Below are positions 30,892 to 39,819 of a stretch of DNA of 61,356 nt, in pieces (the stretch's first letter is position 1; each line of letters opens with the position of its first letter). The stretch is from an uncultured Clostridia bacterium. GTDB lineage: Bacteria; Bacillota; Clostridia; TANB77; CAG-508. The position numbers and the translations under genes were made by a program. The DNA is taken from assembly GCA_944389655.1 (NCBI GenBank), contig CALXND010000002.1, positions 1 through 61,356 of the forward strand, written 5' to 3'. The notes below the pieces were generated by a model. It did not search any database. It was given only the letters and a program-made list of their open reading frames with translations, and was not told where the DNA came from.

Positions 30892-31788
30892 ATGTATGAA
30901 GATATACGAAATAACAAAATAAAAACAGGTTTAATTATATGTTTATTTTTAGTTGTAATTACATTAATTGTATACTATGTATGTATGGCATTTGATTTAG
31001 GCTCAATTTCTATTGTAATTGCAATGGTATTTTCAATAGCTACATCTTGGGCATCTTATTATTACAGTGATAGGATTGTTCTTTCTGTAAATAGAGCTCA
31101 TCCAGCAGATCAGGAGCAATACAATAAATTAAATAATATTTTAGATGGATTAATGGTATCATCTGGATTAGAACATAGACCTAAATTATATGTAGTAGAT
31201 GACCCCCAGCCAAATGCATTTGCAACTGGTAGAAATCCTCAAAATTCTGTAATTTGCGTTACAACTGGTCTGTTAGAAAAAATGGACTATTATGAACTTG
31301 AAGGCGTTGTCGCTCATGAGCTTTCCCATATTAAAAATTACGACATACGTTTATCTGCAGTAGTCAGTGTAATGGTTGGCTTTATAGTAATGCTTGCAGA
31401 TTTCGTAAGCAGAGCACTTTTCTGGGGACGTGGAAGAGATAGTGATGAAAAAGGTAATCCAATACTAATGTTAATTGGACTTATATGCTTAATTTTAGCA
31501 CCAATATTTGGCACCTTAATGCAACTTGCACTCTCTAGAAGAAGAGAATTTTTAGCAGATGCAAGTGCAGTTGAACTTACCAGAAATCCAGATGGATTAA
31601 TCTCAGCTTTACAAAAGCTAGATTCTGATCCAAATGAGTTAAAGTCTGCTAATAATGCTACAGCATATATGTATATTGTAAGTCCATTTAAAGCAAACGC
31701 TAAGGATGGTAAAAAGAAAAAGTCTAGTCTATTTTCTACTCATCCATCTATTGAAGACAGGATTGAAGCAATTAGAAATTTAAAATAA
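30892..31788 (+). CDS. htpX: Zinc metalloprotease HtpX (M48)
   Basis: HELSHIKNYD (HEXXH), 4 TM segments, C-terminal STHPSIEDRI. ATG at 30892 has better RBS spacing than the track start 30883. Confidence 0.9.
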   Translation: MYEDIRNNKIKTGLIICLFLVVITLIVYYVCMAFDLGSISIVIAMVFSIATSWASYYYSDRIVLSVNRAHPADQEQYNKLNNILDGLMVSSGLEHRPKLYVVDDPQPNAFATGRNPQNSVICVTTGLLEKMDYYELEGVVAHELSHIKNYDIRLSAVVSVMVGFIVMLADFVSRALFWGRGRDSDEKGNPILMLIGLICLILAPIFGTLMQLALSRRREFLADASAVELTRNPDGLISALQKLDSDPNELKSANNATAYMYIVSPFKANAKDGKKKKSSLFSTHPSIEDRIEAIRNLK

Positions 31789-31917
31789 GAAAGGCATTTC
31801 GCAGGGTTAGTCTCTGGAGCAACAGCGAAATATATGTCCTCGCTTTGCTCGGACGGCCCAAGGTAGCCTAACCTTGTTGTATACGGAAAAATCGTTAAAG
31901 ATACTGAAATAATAAGG

Positions 31918-31952
31918 AAAAACCAAGAGGTACAATTTCTCTTGGTTCTTTA
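31918..31952. terminator. Bidirectional terminator between convergent htpX and tatD
   Basis: aaccaagag (31921-31929) / ctcttggtt (31939-31947), with T-runs on both strands. Confidence 0.65.
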
Positions 31953-31954
31953 TT

Positions 31955-32827
31955 TTAAAAATCAATTTCAAATATTCTACATGCATTTTCACAAGTAGCC
32001 ATAGCTATTTTTTCTATTTCCATTTGTTTTACATCAGCTATTTTTTGTGCAATGTACTTTACATTTCTAGAATCATTTCGTTTACCTCTATTAGGCTCTG
32101 GAGATAAATAAGGGCTATCTGTCTCTATCAAAATTTTATCTAATGGACACATTTCTATAATCTCATTTGCATTTTTTGAATTCTTAAATGTCACTGGCCC
32201 TGCAAATGATATATAAAACCCTAGTTTTAGCGCTTCCTTTACTAACTCCCTGTTTAGTGGGCAACAGTGAAATATTCCTTTTTTTAGTACCTCATTTTCT
32301 TTCAAAATTTGTATTGTATCCATTACTGCTTCTCTTGTGTGAATTACAATTGGAAGCTTTAGATTATTTGCTAATTCTATTTGTTTTACAAATGCCATTT
32401 TCTGCAATGTTATATTATCTGTATTCCAATGATAATCTAGTCCAATTTCACCTATTGCGACTATTTTATTATATGTTTTTTTGGTACTTTTTTCTATGTA
32501 TTTATTCGAGATTTCATCTATATTTTTATTAGTATTTCTTTCGTTCTTTTTCTCTAATTTTTCATTACAAATTAGCTCTTGTAATTGATTAATTTCTTCA
32601 TCTAATTTACTTGCATCCTCAGGTATATCATTTGGAGATATTCCAGATATTGTATACATCCAATCATATTTTTTTGCTATTGCTAAGGCCTGTTTTGATG
32701 ACTCTAAGCTATATCCTGCATTTACTATTTTTGTAATTCCTTCATTATATATTTTTTGTATTAATTCTTCTCTATCTTCATCAAATTTTGTATCATTATA
32801 ATGTGCATGTGAATCAAAAAAGTTCAT
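31955..32827 (-). CDS. tatD: TatD-family metal-dependent hydrolase/DNase
   Basis: FDSHAHYND, AIGEIGLDYHW, IHTREA, LIETDSPYL motifs. Contains a K/N/E-rich insertion of about 30-50 aa. Confidence 0.9.
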   Translation of the reverse strand: MNFFDSHAHYNDTKFDEDREELIQKIYNEGITKIVNAGYSLESSKQALAIAKKYDWMYTISGISPNDIPEDASKLDEEINQLQELICNEKLEKKNERNTNKNIDEISNKYIEKSTKKTYNKIVAIGEIGLDYHWNTDNITLQKMAFVKQIELANNLKLPIVIHTREAVMDTIQILKENEVLKKGIFHCCPLNRELVKEALKLGFYISFAGPVTFKNSKNANEIIEMCPLDKILIETDSPYLSPEPNRGKRNDSRNVKYIAQKIADVKQMEIEKIAMATCENACRIFEIDF

Positions 32828-33004
32828 TTAATTTGTAACGGATAATTATAAATCCGTATGCTCCTTATACATTATATTTAGGTTTTAATCTGCGGTTTTA
32901 CCTATAAACCTATATGATTTTAATTATAGTTTCTAAGTATTTTAAGACATTATTATTTAATTGCTTTTGTGTATTCTAAGCTTTAATATTAATGCTCTTT
33001 ACTC

Positions 33005-33406
33005 TTATTCTTCAAATACCGCAACTGCACTTGCCACGGCAAATTCCTTTATATGCGATATACTAACATCTATATTTACTAAGCTTAATTTATCTCCAGC
33101 TTTTTTTATGTTTTTCTGCAATTTTTCCACATTTAATTCAGGCTTTCCACTTTCTAGATTTATTACTTCTATGTTTTTCCAAATTGCATCTTCTCTACCT
33201 TCTATATAACAAGAAATTGCTTTAAATACAGCTTCTTTTACTGCAAATCTCGCTGCGAAGTGCTGATATTTATTGATATTTGATTTCTTGCAATACTCTA
33301 TTTCATTTTCTGTATATATTCTATTTAAAAAATTTTCTCCAAGCTCTTCTATTGTTTCTTTAATTCTATTTACTTCTATTATATCTATCCCAGTTGTAAC
33401 TTTCAT
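33005..33406 (-). CDS. acpS: Holo-[acyl-carrier-protein] synthase
   Basis: GIDIIEVNRI...FAARFAVKEAVFKA...ISHIKEFAVA, canonical AcpS. Confidence 0.92.
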   Translation of the reverse strand: MKVTTGIDIIEVNRIKETIEELGENFLNRIYTENEIEYCKKSNINKYQHFAARFAVKEAVFKAISCYIEGREDAIWKNIEVINLESGKPELNVEKLQKNIKKAGDKLSLVNIDVSISHIKEFAVASAVAVFEE

Positions 33407-33460
33407 TCTTGTTTCATTCCTTCCTCCAAGTCACAAGCCTATGTTTTTATGCCAAATTCT

Positions 33461-34705
33461 CTATTTTAAAGCTGCAAATAAAATAGTAATAATATTTATG
33501 ACTAAAATAGCTGCAATAATTACTCTTGTTACTTTATTATTTTTATTAAGTTCCTCCACATTATGTTTTTTATATGCTACATCATACTCATTTTTTAATT
33601 TATAAAATGTCTTCTCTACTTCCAAATTTTGCATCCAGTTTTCTTCCATTCTTCTGCCAAATTCTTCATTGGTTGTATCCTGTATCCATAATTTTTTTGT
33701 AAAATCTAGGAAATCATTTTCTGCATTCTTAAATTTATTGCTAAACTCATAGTTAAGTTTATTTAATAGAATCTTTTTATATAACACTAGAATATAGGTA
33801 TATAAGTACTCACTCTCGTATTTTTGAGGTACTAAAGTAAAATTGGTTGTGTTGATGTTTGACGTAAAGAGTACTGTACTTGCTATTGTAAAACCATATC
33901 TAATATATTGGTTTTTGTACATCGACTTACTTTCTTTTTCGTGTTCTAAAAGTGTGTATTTATCATTTAAAATTTGCGAATTGACTGGTAAAATTGACCT
34001 ATATTTTTCAAATAACCCGTTTAATTCTTCTTTTGTATTTTCGTTCCAGTCTTTTTGGTCAACACATGCATATGAATATACAAAAAATTTTTCTGTTCCT
34101 ATATTTATTTTCTGTGATATGTTATCATGCCCAGTAATTTCTTTTATTAATTTAGATATATCTTTTACATCTTTAAATGTACTTGATTGTATTTTTATAT
34201 TCTCATATTCTTTTAAATCATATGATAACGAGTTTATTTCTCTAAATTTGTAGTTAAAATTTAATAAATCTGAAAAACTATTAGTATTCTCTAAGTTAGT
34301 TTTAAACATTAGAAAGCATATACCAGATTTAAAGCATATTACCTTAATTTCTGATATTTCAAAAAATATTCCTCCTGCTGCTCCTACTTTTCCTTGTAAT
34401 TTTTCGGGTAATTTGTAATTAAAAATATTACACTCGTACTTGCTAAGTAGTGTCGCTTTAACTTCTGAATCTAATGTATTAAAATTTCTTAGTCCTTCTT
34501 TACTTAAATTAAAACTACCAAACAAAAAGTCTCTAACCACTGGTAAAAAATATGTATATAAATGTATATCTTTTTGTTTGTCAAAAATTCTTAATTTACA
34601 TTTTTTATTTTTTAATAAGCTTTGCAAATATTTTTTGTATTTACCTTTTTCTATTACATAAGGGTACACAAAATAAGTATATTGATACTTCATCATTAGT
34701 TCCAT
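33461..34705 (-). CDS. Hypothetical tail-anchored membrane protein (414 aa)
   Basis: RBS GGGAGAG 9 nt before the ATG. Soluble about 380-aa region, a predicted helical/coiled segment, then a single C-terminal TM (VIIAAILVINIITILFAAL). No family recognised with confidence. Confidence 0.6.
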   Translation of the reverse strand: MELMMKYQYTYFVYPYVIEKGKYKKYLQSLLKNKKCKLRIFDKQKDIHLYTYFLPVVRDFLFGSFNLSKEGLRNFNTLDSEVKATLLSKYECNIFNYKLPEKLQGKVGAAGGIFFEISEIKVICFKSGICFLMFKTNLENTNSFSDLLNFNYKFREINSLSYDLKEYENIKIQSSTFKDVKDISKLIKEITGHDNISQKINIGTEKFFVYSYACVDQKDWNENTKEELNGLFEKYRSILPVNSQILNDKYTLLEHEKESKSMYKNQYIRYGFTIASTVLFTSNINTTNFTLVPQKYESEYLYTYILVLYKKILLNKLNYEFSNKFKNAENDFLDFTKKLWIQDTTNEEFGRRMEENWMQNLEVEKTFYKLKNEYDVAYKKHNVEELNKNNKVTRVIIAAILVINIITILFAALK

Positions 34706-34820
34706 TTATTTTTTCTCTCCCATCTCTGTTTTTATTTATAGGTTAATGTTTAATATCTATTTAGTTGGTTAAATGGGCAAGAATGCTTTTTGGTATTTTA
34801 CTCTTGCCCAAACTAAATCT

Positions 34821-36350
34821 TTATTCGTCTGTAAAATAATACAAATTTAAATCTTCTCCTAAATGCCATTTACCTATAAATCGTATTAATGCATTATTCT
34901 CTAATTTATACGAAGGCTCTACTACTACATTTCCTTTAGAATCTATGGCGCCCCATAAATCATTTTGTTTAACACTAGCATAACCATATTCATTTTGTTC
35001 GCTAGCATCATCATATATATAGTTTACTACTACATTTCCATTTTTGTCAACAAATCCGTATTTTCCTTCTTGATTTTTACTTAAGAATAATGTGTTTCCT
35101 GCAAAAATATTCTGTACATTCTTTTCTTCAAATTTAAAATTATAATATTTATCTTGATTATTTTCTCTAACTTTCATGTATCCATCTGTAGTATTTAGTT
35201 CCGATAATATTACATTTGATAGTTTAACATTCATGTTAGCATCTATTAAATCTGATGTATAATCGCTATTTGTTGCCTCATAAAAGTCTGCTATATCTCT
35301 ATAAGTAATGCTTTCATACTTAAAGTCTACAAGTTTATTTCCACTTGCATCTATAATTCCATATTTATTGTTGCTTTTTACAATATATTTATTATCTGAA
35401 CCATAAGAAATCTCTTCATATGTTGTATCTATAATTTTTTTGTTGTCTGTAACCTGAACTACTCCATACTTGTTATTATCTTTTACAATAACATTTTCTC
35501 CATTTATAGAAACTATATCGTCATAAGCTCCCTCTAGGTATTTTTGCCCATCCTCGCTTACAACTTCCCATTTATTGTTCTCTTTTACTGCATAATATTT
35601 TCCATTACTATATATTTTTTTAATATCATCATATTTTGTCTCTAACTCTGTTGTCTTTGTATAACTTATAACCCCATACTTACCATTTTCTGCTTCTACT
35701 ATAAATCCATCTTCGTATTTACTAGAAATTGGCTCTATTTTTTTATAGTTATTATCTATAATTACAGTACCTACATTATCTATTATTCCGAATTTTCCAT
35801 TTTTTTCTGTAAGAAGTACTTTATCTACTCCTTGTAGTGCTTCTATAGAATCATATTCTGGACTTACTAGCAATTTTCCGTTTGTATCTATAACACCATA
35901 TTTTCCGTCTTGTTCTACCTTAAAAATTCCATCTTCATACCAAAGATTATTATTTTCATCATAATTTTCTAGAGCCTCTACATTATTATAATCTGTATAG
36001 ATTTCCTCATTTTTCTCATTTATAACTTTTGTTTTATATGTTCCTTTTTCATAATCCACATCATAAGTACATATAAATATAGGCTTTGTATTATCTGGAA
36101 TTACTATATATTCATCATACTCTGGACTTATTATAGTATTTCCTTTAGAATCTATAACTCCCCATTTATTATCAGTATATACTGGAAAATATTTTAGGGC
36201 AACTGTCTTTTCTTCTGTTGTACTTTTTGCACTAAATAGGTGTTTTATTCCTATTATAAACATTATTATAACTGCTATCGCTATGATAACTGCAAATACT
36301 TTTTTTAAGTTGAGTTTTTGCTCTCCTTCATATCTTCTTCCTTTACTCAT
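34821..36350 (-). CDS. WG-repeat (KWG-type) membrane-anchored protein
   Basis: N-terminal TM, then more than 10 repeats of the (K)(W/Y/F)G(V/I)ID..G..(V/I)..P.YD type. ATG at 36350 is preceded by GGAGGAAGCCT. Confidence 0.8.
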   Translation of the reverse strand: MSKGRRYEGEQKLNLKKVFAVIIAIAVIIMFIIGIKHLFSAKSTTEEKTVALKYFPVYTDNKWGVIDSKGNTIISPEYDEYIVIPDNTKPIFICTYDVDYEKGTYKTKVINEKNEEIYTDYNNVEALENYDENNNLWYEDGIFKVEQDGKYGVIDTNGKLLVSPEYDSIEALQGVDKVLLTEKNGKFGIIDNVGTVIIDNNYKKIEPISSKYEDGFIVEAENGKYGVISYTKTTELETKYDDIKKIYSNGKYYAVKENNKWEVVSEDGQKYLEGAYDDIVSINGENVIVKDNNKYGVVQVTDNKKIIDTTYEEISYGSDNKYIVKSNNKYGIIDASGNKLVDFKYESITYRDIADFYEATNSDYTSDLIDANMNVKLSNVILSELNTTDGYMKVRENNQDKYYNFKFEEKNVQNIFAGNTLFLSKNQEGKYGFVDKNGNVVVNYIYDDASEQNEYGYASVKQNDLWGAIDSKGNVVVEPSYKLENNALIRFIGKWHLGEDLNLYYFTDE

Positions 36351-36458
36351 AGGCTTCCTCCAAATGCTTATTATTTTACATATATAATATATCACATTTT
36401 AGGTGGAAATTACAAGATTCTGCAAAAAGTTTGTCATTTTTTAGTTACTGGATAATGG

Positions 36459-36517
36459 TTTAAATGATTTTTTATTCGTAAAAACAAGGTATATGTATAT
36501 TTTGAAGCATTTTGCTG
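36459..36517 (-). promoter_or_regulatory. Conserved about 58-nt upstream module, copy 2 (see 18490-18547), with embedded TTGTTT-N17-TTTAAA
   Basis: tttaaatgattttttattcgtaaaaacaaggtatatgtatattttgaagcattttgctg. Sits about 110 nt upstream of the WG-repeat gene start. Confidence 0.4.
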
Positions 36518-36531
36518 TTTTTACATATTAC

Positions 36532-36728
36532 AAGCCAGAGTTAATATATTCAAAATTTGTGAGAATATGGAATGGAAAGTGATTTGAAGATACTAATTCT
36601 TGAAAAATTTTTGTAGGGAATCTCACGCCTCGCCGTGAGGGCGCTACAAAAATTTTCTTAGAATTAGTTCAAAAATCAGCTTGACCGACATATTCGATAC
36701 AATATTTTGAATATATTAACTCTGGCTT
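36532..36728. repeat. 197-bp nested hairpin element with 25-bp perfect terminal inverted repeats and a GC-rich core
   Basis: aagccagagttaatatattcaaaat (36532-36556) is the exact reverse complement of 36704-36728. Inner arms ...actaattcttgaaaaatttttgtag / ctacaaaaattttcttagaattagt. Core ctcacg-cctcgc-cgtgag. Confidence 0.85.
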
Positions 36729-36783
36729 TAGTATTAACTCTGTTTAAGTCGTGGAATACATTAAAACTAATTTTGCCTTTAGC

Positions 36784-39264
36784 CTATTTATCACTTATTT
36801 TAGCAACTATTACTGTCATATCATCTTTTTGCTTCCCAAAATCATTATCTATGGCTTCACCAATTATTATATCTGCCATTTTTTGTGCATCGTCTGTTTC
36901 CATATCTTCTAACAAATATTTAAGCCATAATTCCCTATTTAGATATTCTTTATTTGAATCTAATACTCCATCTGTGCACATTACTAGAATATCACCTGGT
37001 TGCAAATCATAGTCATATACTACTAAGTCAATATCACTAAGAATTCCTGTTGGAAGTGACATAGATTTTAGAAGTTGTACTTGTCTTCCTCTTTTTACAT
37101 ATGTTGGGCATGCACTATTTTTTATAAATTCCATGTTTCCTTTAAATAAATCTAAAATTTCTATATCTAATGTTGAAAACATATCTTCATCAGTATTTGC
37201 AGATATTGTAGAATTTATTAATTGTAATGATACATCTTTTTCAAAACCTGCTGTTAATAGCCTTTCTAACATTTTTATAGCAATTTTACTACTTTTCATT
37301 GCCTCTGGTCCTGAACCCATGCCATCACTTATAGCTAGTAAATATTTTCCATCATCTAATTTTATATGTATACTACTATCTCCTGATACTGATGAGCCTT
37401 CCTTTGTAGATTTTGCTATTCCTATTTGCACTCCGTATTTGTCGTCCGATATATACGTAAATTTGCATATTGATTTATTCATTCTAAGGCCGCATTCTTG
37501 TTTTTGCATAATCATCTTATGTCCAATGACTTTACTTAATAATTTACATATTTTTTTAATATCACATTCTGTACCATCTGGATTTCCACAAGTATCTGTA
37601 AAAATATCTATTATATATCTTCCTGCACTTGTTTTCTTTATTTCAATGCTTTTTATTTCTATTTCTTTTTGTTCTAATAATGCAAGTATTTGTTTTTTTA
37701 ACTCTACATGCTCTTCTTTTTTATCCATGTCTGTAGCCATTTTTGAAATAGCCTCTGATACACCTTTTAGCTGTGATGAAACGTTCTTTTTGCTTTCGTC
37801 TAGTTTTTTCTTCCAGATAAAATTTATTTTACTTATTTTGTATGAATAATTAATTGCCTTTACTATTTTATATACATCTTCTTTTGCTTGTGATTTTGTA
37901 TTATCAAAACCTACTATGTAGTTATTATGTTTCTCTAGTATTTTTATAAATTCTTTTTCTGTTATAATATCATTTTCCATTAAATATTCAAATATATCTG
38001 TAATAAGTTCTTTTGTGGGATAGTATATTTCCTCATATAGCATATTGTCCTTTAAATCTTCTATATTTTTTTGCAATTCCTCTAGAAATATGTCTATATT
38101 ATTTTTTTCTTGTGCTTTTAGCTCCTCTTCTGTTAATATTGTTGCTGCTGCCTCACTATAGCTCTCTGCCATGTCAAATATTGTTTCTGATATGCTATTT
38201 AATTTATATATTGTGTCCTTATTTTCTTCTAAATCTCCGCCTGTACTTTCTGGTAAAAGTCTAGTACTTCCGACTAAATCCTCTATATTAATCTCTATGT
38301 TTTTTGGAATAGCTAAAAGTCCGAGTGACGCAATTAAGATTTCCTGAAACATTATAAGATCTGTAGTATTTCCATTAGCCGCATAGGCAAGTACTACATT
38401 TCCAAGTGCAAATCCTACTATAACACCAATTCTTCCAAATCTGTTAAGTAGACCTGCTATTAAGCCAGAAATTGCATATGCTGCTATCATTATTGGTTCC
38501 GTGCCAGTTATTACTCCAAGTACAACTCCTATTGTAATACCCCCTGTAGCCCCTACTAGCAATCCATTTTTCCAACCAAGTACAAGAACTATTAATATAC
38601 TTAAAATGTTTTGAATTGAAAAACCAAATATATTTATACTTCCAAATACTGTAACAGATATTGCTAACAGTAGACTTGTTCCCATTACTTCTTCTATTGT
38701 AAATGCTCTTCTTGTTCCAAAATCTATAATCATTGTAATTGAGTTTACAAATATTTTGTAAAATATGTACGTTGTTATTCCAAGCATTATACTTGTTAAC
38801 AGGTCAAAAACATAAAAGTTTCTAAAAAATATTGGAACTAGTTGTACAATTGTAACTGCAAAAAATAGATGACCACCTATTTTCTTTTGTTCATTTACGC
38901 CTTCTTGTAATTTAGGCCTAATTATTAATACTAGAGCAAAAAATACAAGCGATGTTATAAAATACACTAATAAGTTATTTAACCCAAAACCTATAAATGT
39001 TCCTATTAGAGATAACACATACATAATACCAACTGGTCTATTATTGCTTAATGCTCCTGCAATTACTGCTAGTCCAAAAGGAACTAATGAAAATATTAAA
39101 GTATTTGAGCCAAACCCTACCATTGATATTAAAAATGTAACTGTATATAAAACTATATTTTGTTTTGCAAATAGTTTTTTGAGCACATCTTTTGTATTAA
39201 CTTTTTTTACATCTTCTTCGTATTCTGTTTTTCCAGTTGCACTCCCTGCTATATTTTGAAACAT
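36784..39264 (-). CDS. spoIIE: Stage II sporulation protein E (PP2C phosphatase with about 10 TM segments)
   Basis: Long polytopic N-terminus, central regulatory region, C-terminal PP2C domain (SGDSSIH...AISDGMGSGPEA...LVMCTDGV...DDMTVIVAKI). ATG at 39264 follows AGGGGTGG. Confidence 0.93.
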   Translation of the reverse strand: MFQNIAGSATGKTEYEEDVKKVNTKDVLKKLFAKQNIVLYTVTFLISMVGFGSNTLIFSLVPFGLAVIAGALSNNRPVGIMYVLSLIGTFIGFGLNNLLVYFITSLVFFALVLIIRPKLQEGVNEQKKIGGHLFFAVTIVQLVPIFFRNFYVFDLLTSIMLGITTYIFYKIFVNSITMIIDFGTRRAFTIEEVMGTSLLLAISVTVFGSINIFGFSIQNILSILIVLVLGWKNGLLVGATGGITIGVVLGVITGTEPIMIAAYAISGLIAGLLNRFGRIGVIVGFALGNVVLAYAANGNTTDLIMFQEILIASLGLLAIPKNIEINIEDLVGSTRLLPESTGGDLEENKDTIYKLNSISETIFDMAESYSEAAATILTEEELKAQEKNNIDIFLEELQKNIEDLKDNMLYEEIYYPTKELITDIFEYLMENDIITEKEFIKILEKHNNYIVGFDNTKSQAKEDVYKIVKAINYSYKISKINFIWKKKLDESKKNVSSQLKGVSEAISKMATDMDKKEEHVELKKQILALLEQKEIEIKSIEIKKTSAGRYIIDIFTDTCGNPDGTECDIKKICKLLSKVIGHKMIMQKQECGLRMNKSICKFTYISDDKYGVQIGIAKSTKEGSSVSGDSSIHIKLDDGKYLLAISDGMGSGPEAMKSSKIAIKMLERLLTAGFEKDVSLQLINSTISANTDEDMFSTLDIEILDLFKGNMEFIKNSACPTYVKRGRQVQLLKSMSLPTGILSDIDLVVYDYDLQPGDILVMCTDGVLDSNKEYLNRELWLKYLLEDMETDDAQKMADIIIGEAIDNDFGKQKDDMTVIVAKISDK

Positions 39265-39520
39265 AATAACCACCCCTACTTTTTTATTTATGCATTAATG
39301 TTTTTCTCAAATTGTTTTTCTTTTGTGTTGAATTGCTTTTTAATGCTACTTTATTATAGTTCAGTTCATAAAATTTTTTTGTCACATTTAATCCATAATA
39401 TAAAAAAGTTTTTTACAAAATGTGATGTGCTCTATATTTTTTATTATTTTTTTTACATTATTCATACATAATTTTATCGCAAACTAGCATTTTTTTCAAT
39501 CTTTTAGCGAAATTTTTTAG

Positions 39521-39806
39521 TGCGCAATTGGGACTTAGCTTTTTTACGCAAGTATAATTGTTTTTTAATTGTAAATTTATATATTTTTTCTTTTTAGTCT
39601 CCGGCCCCCAACATCGTACAAACTGTAATAATTCCACTAACGTGCAATTAACAGTTTGTAAACTTGTTGGTCCCCACCTTAAGCACTCCGACTAAAAAGA
39701 AAAAATATATAAATTTACTAAAAATTGAAATAGGATTTGCGCCAAAAAGCTAAGTTCCTAATTGTGCAAATAAAATACGCAAAAGAGAGTTTTTCTCAAT
39801 TGCGCA
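39521..39806. repeat. Nested-palindrome intergenic element, copy 2 (inverted relative to 5891-6120), with an extra outer CAATTGCGCA arm
   Basis: The reverse complement aligns with copy 1 over both stem sets (e.g. gtaaatttatatattttttctttttagtcggagtgcttaaggtggggaccaacaagtttacaaactgt). The central 24-nt loop (about 39626-39649) is unrelated to the copy-1 loop. Confidence 0.88.
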
Positions 39807-39819
39807 TTTTTGCTTTATA

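Noticed and set aside
31807-31992. 61-aa minus-strand ORF in the htpX-tatD spacer
   Set aside because: It spans the GC-rich hairpin and the bidirectional terminator and overlaps the tatD 3' end. It has no RBS.
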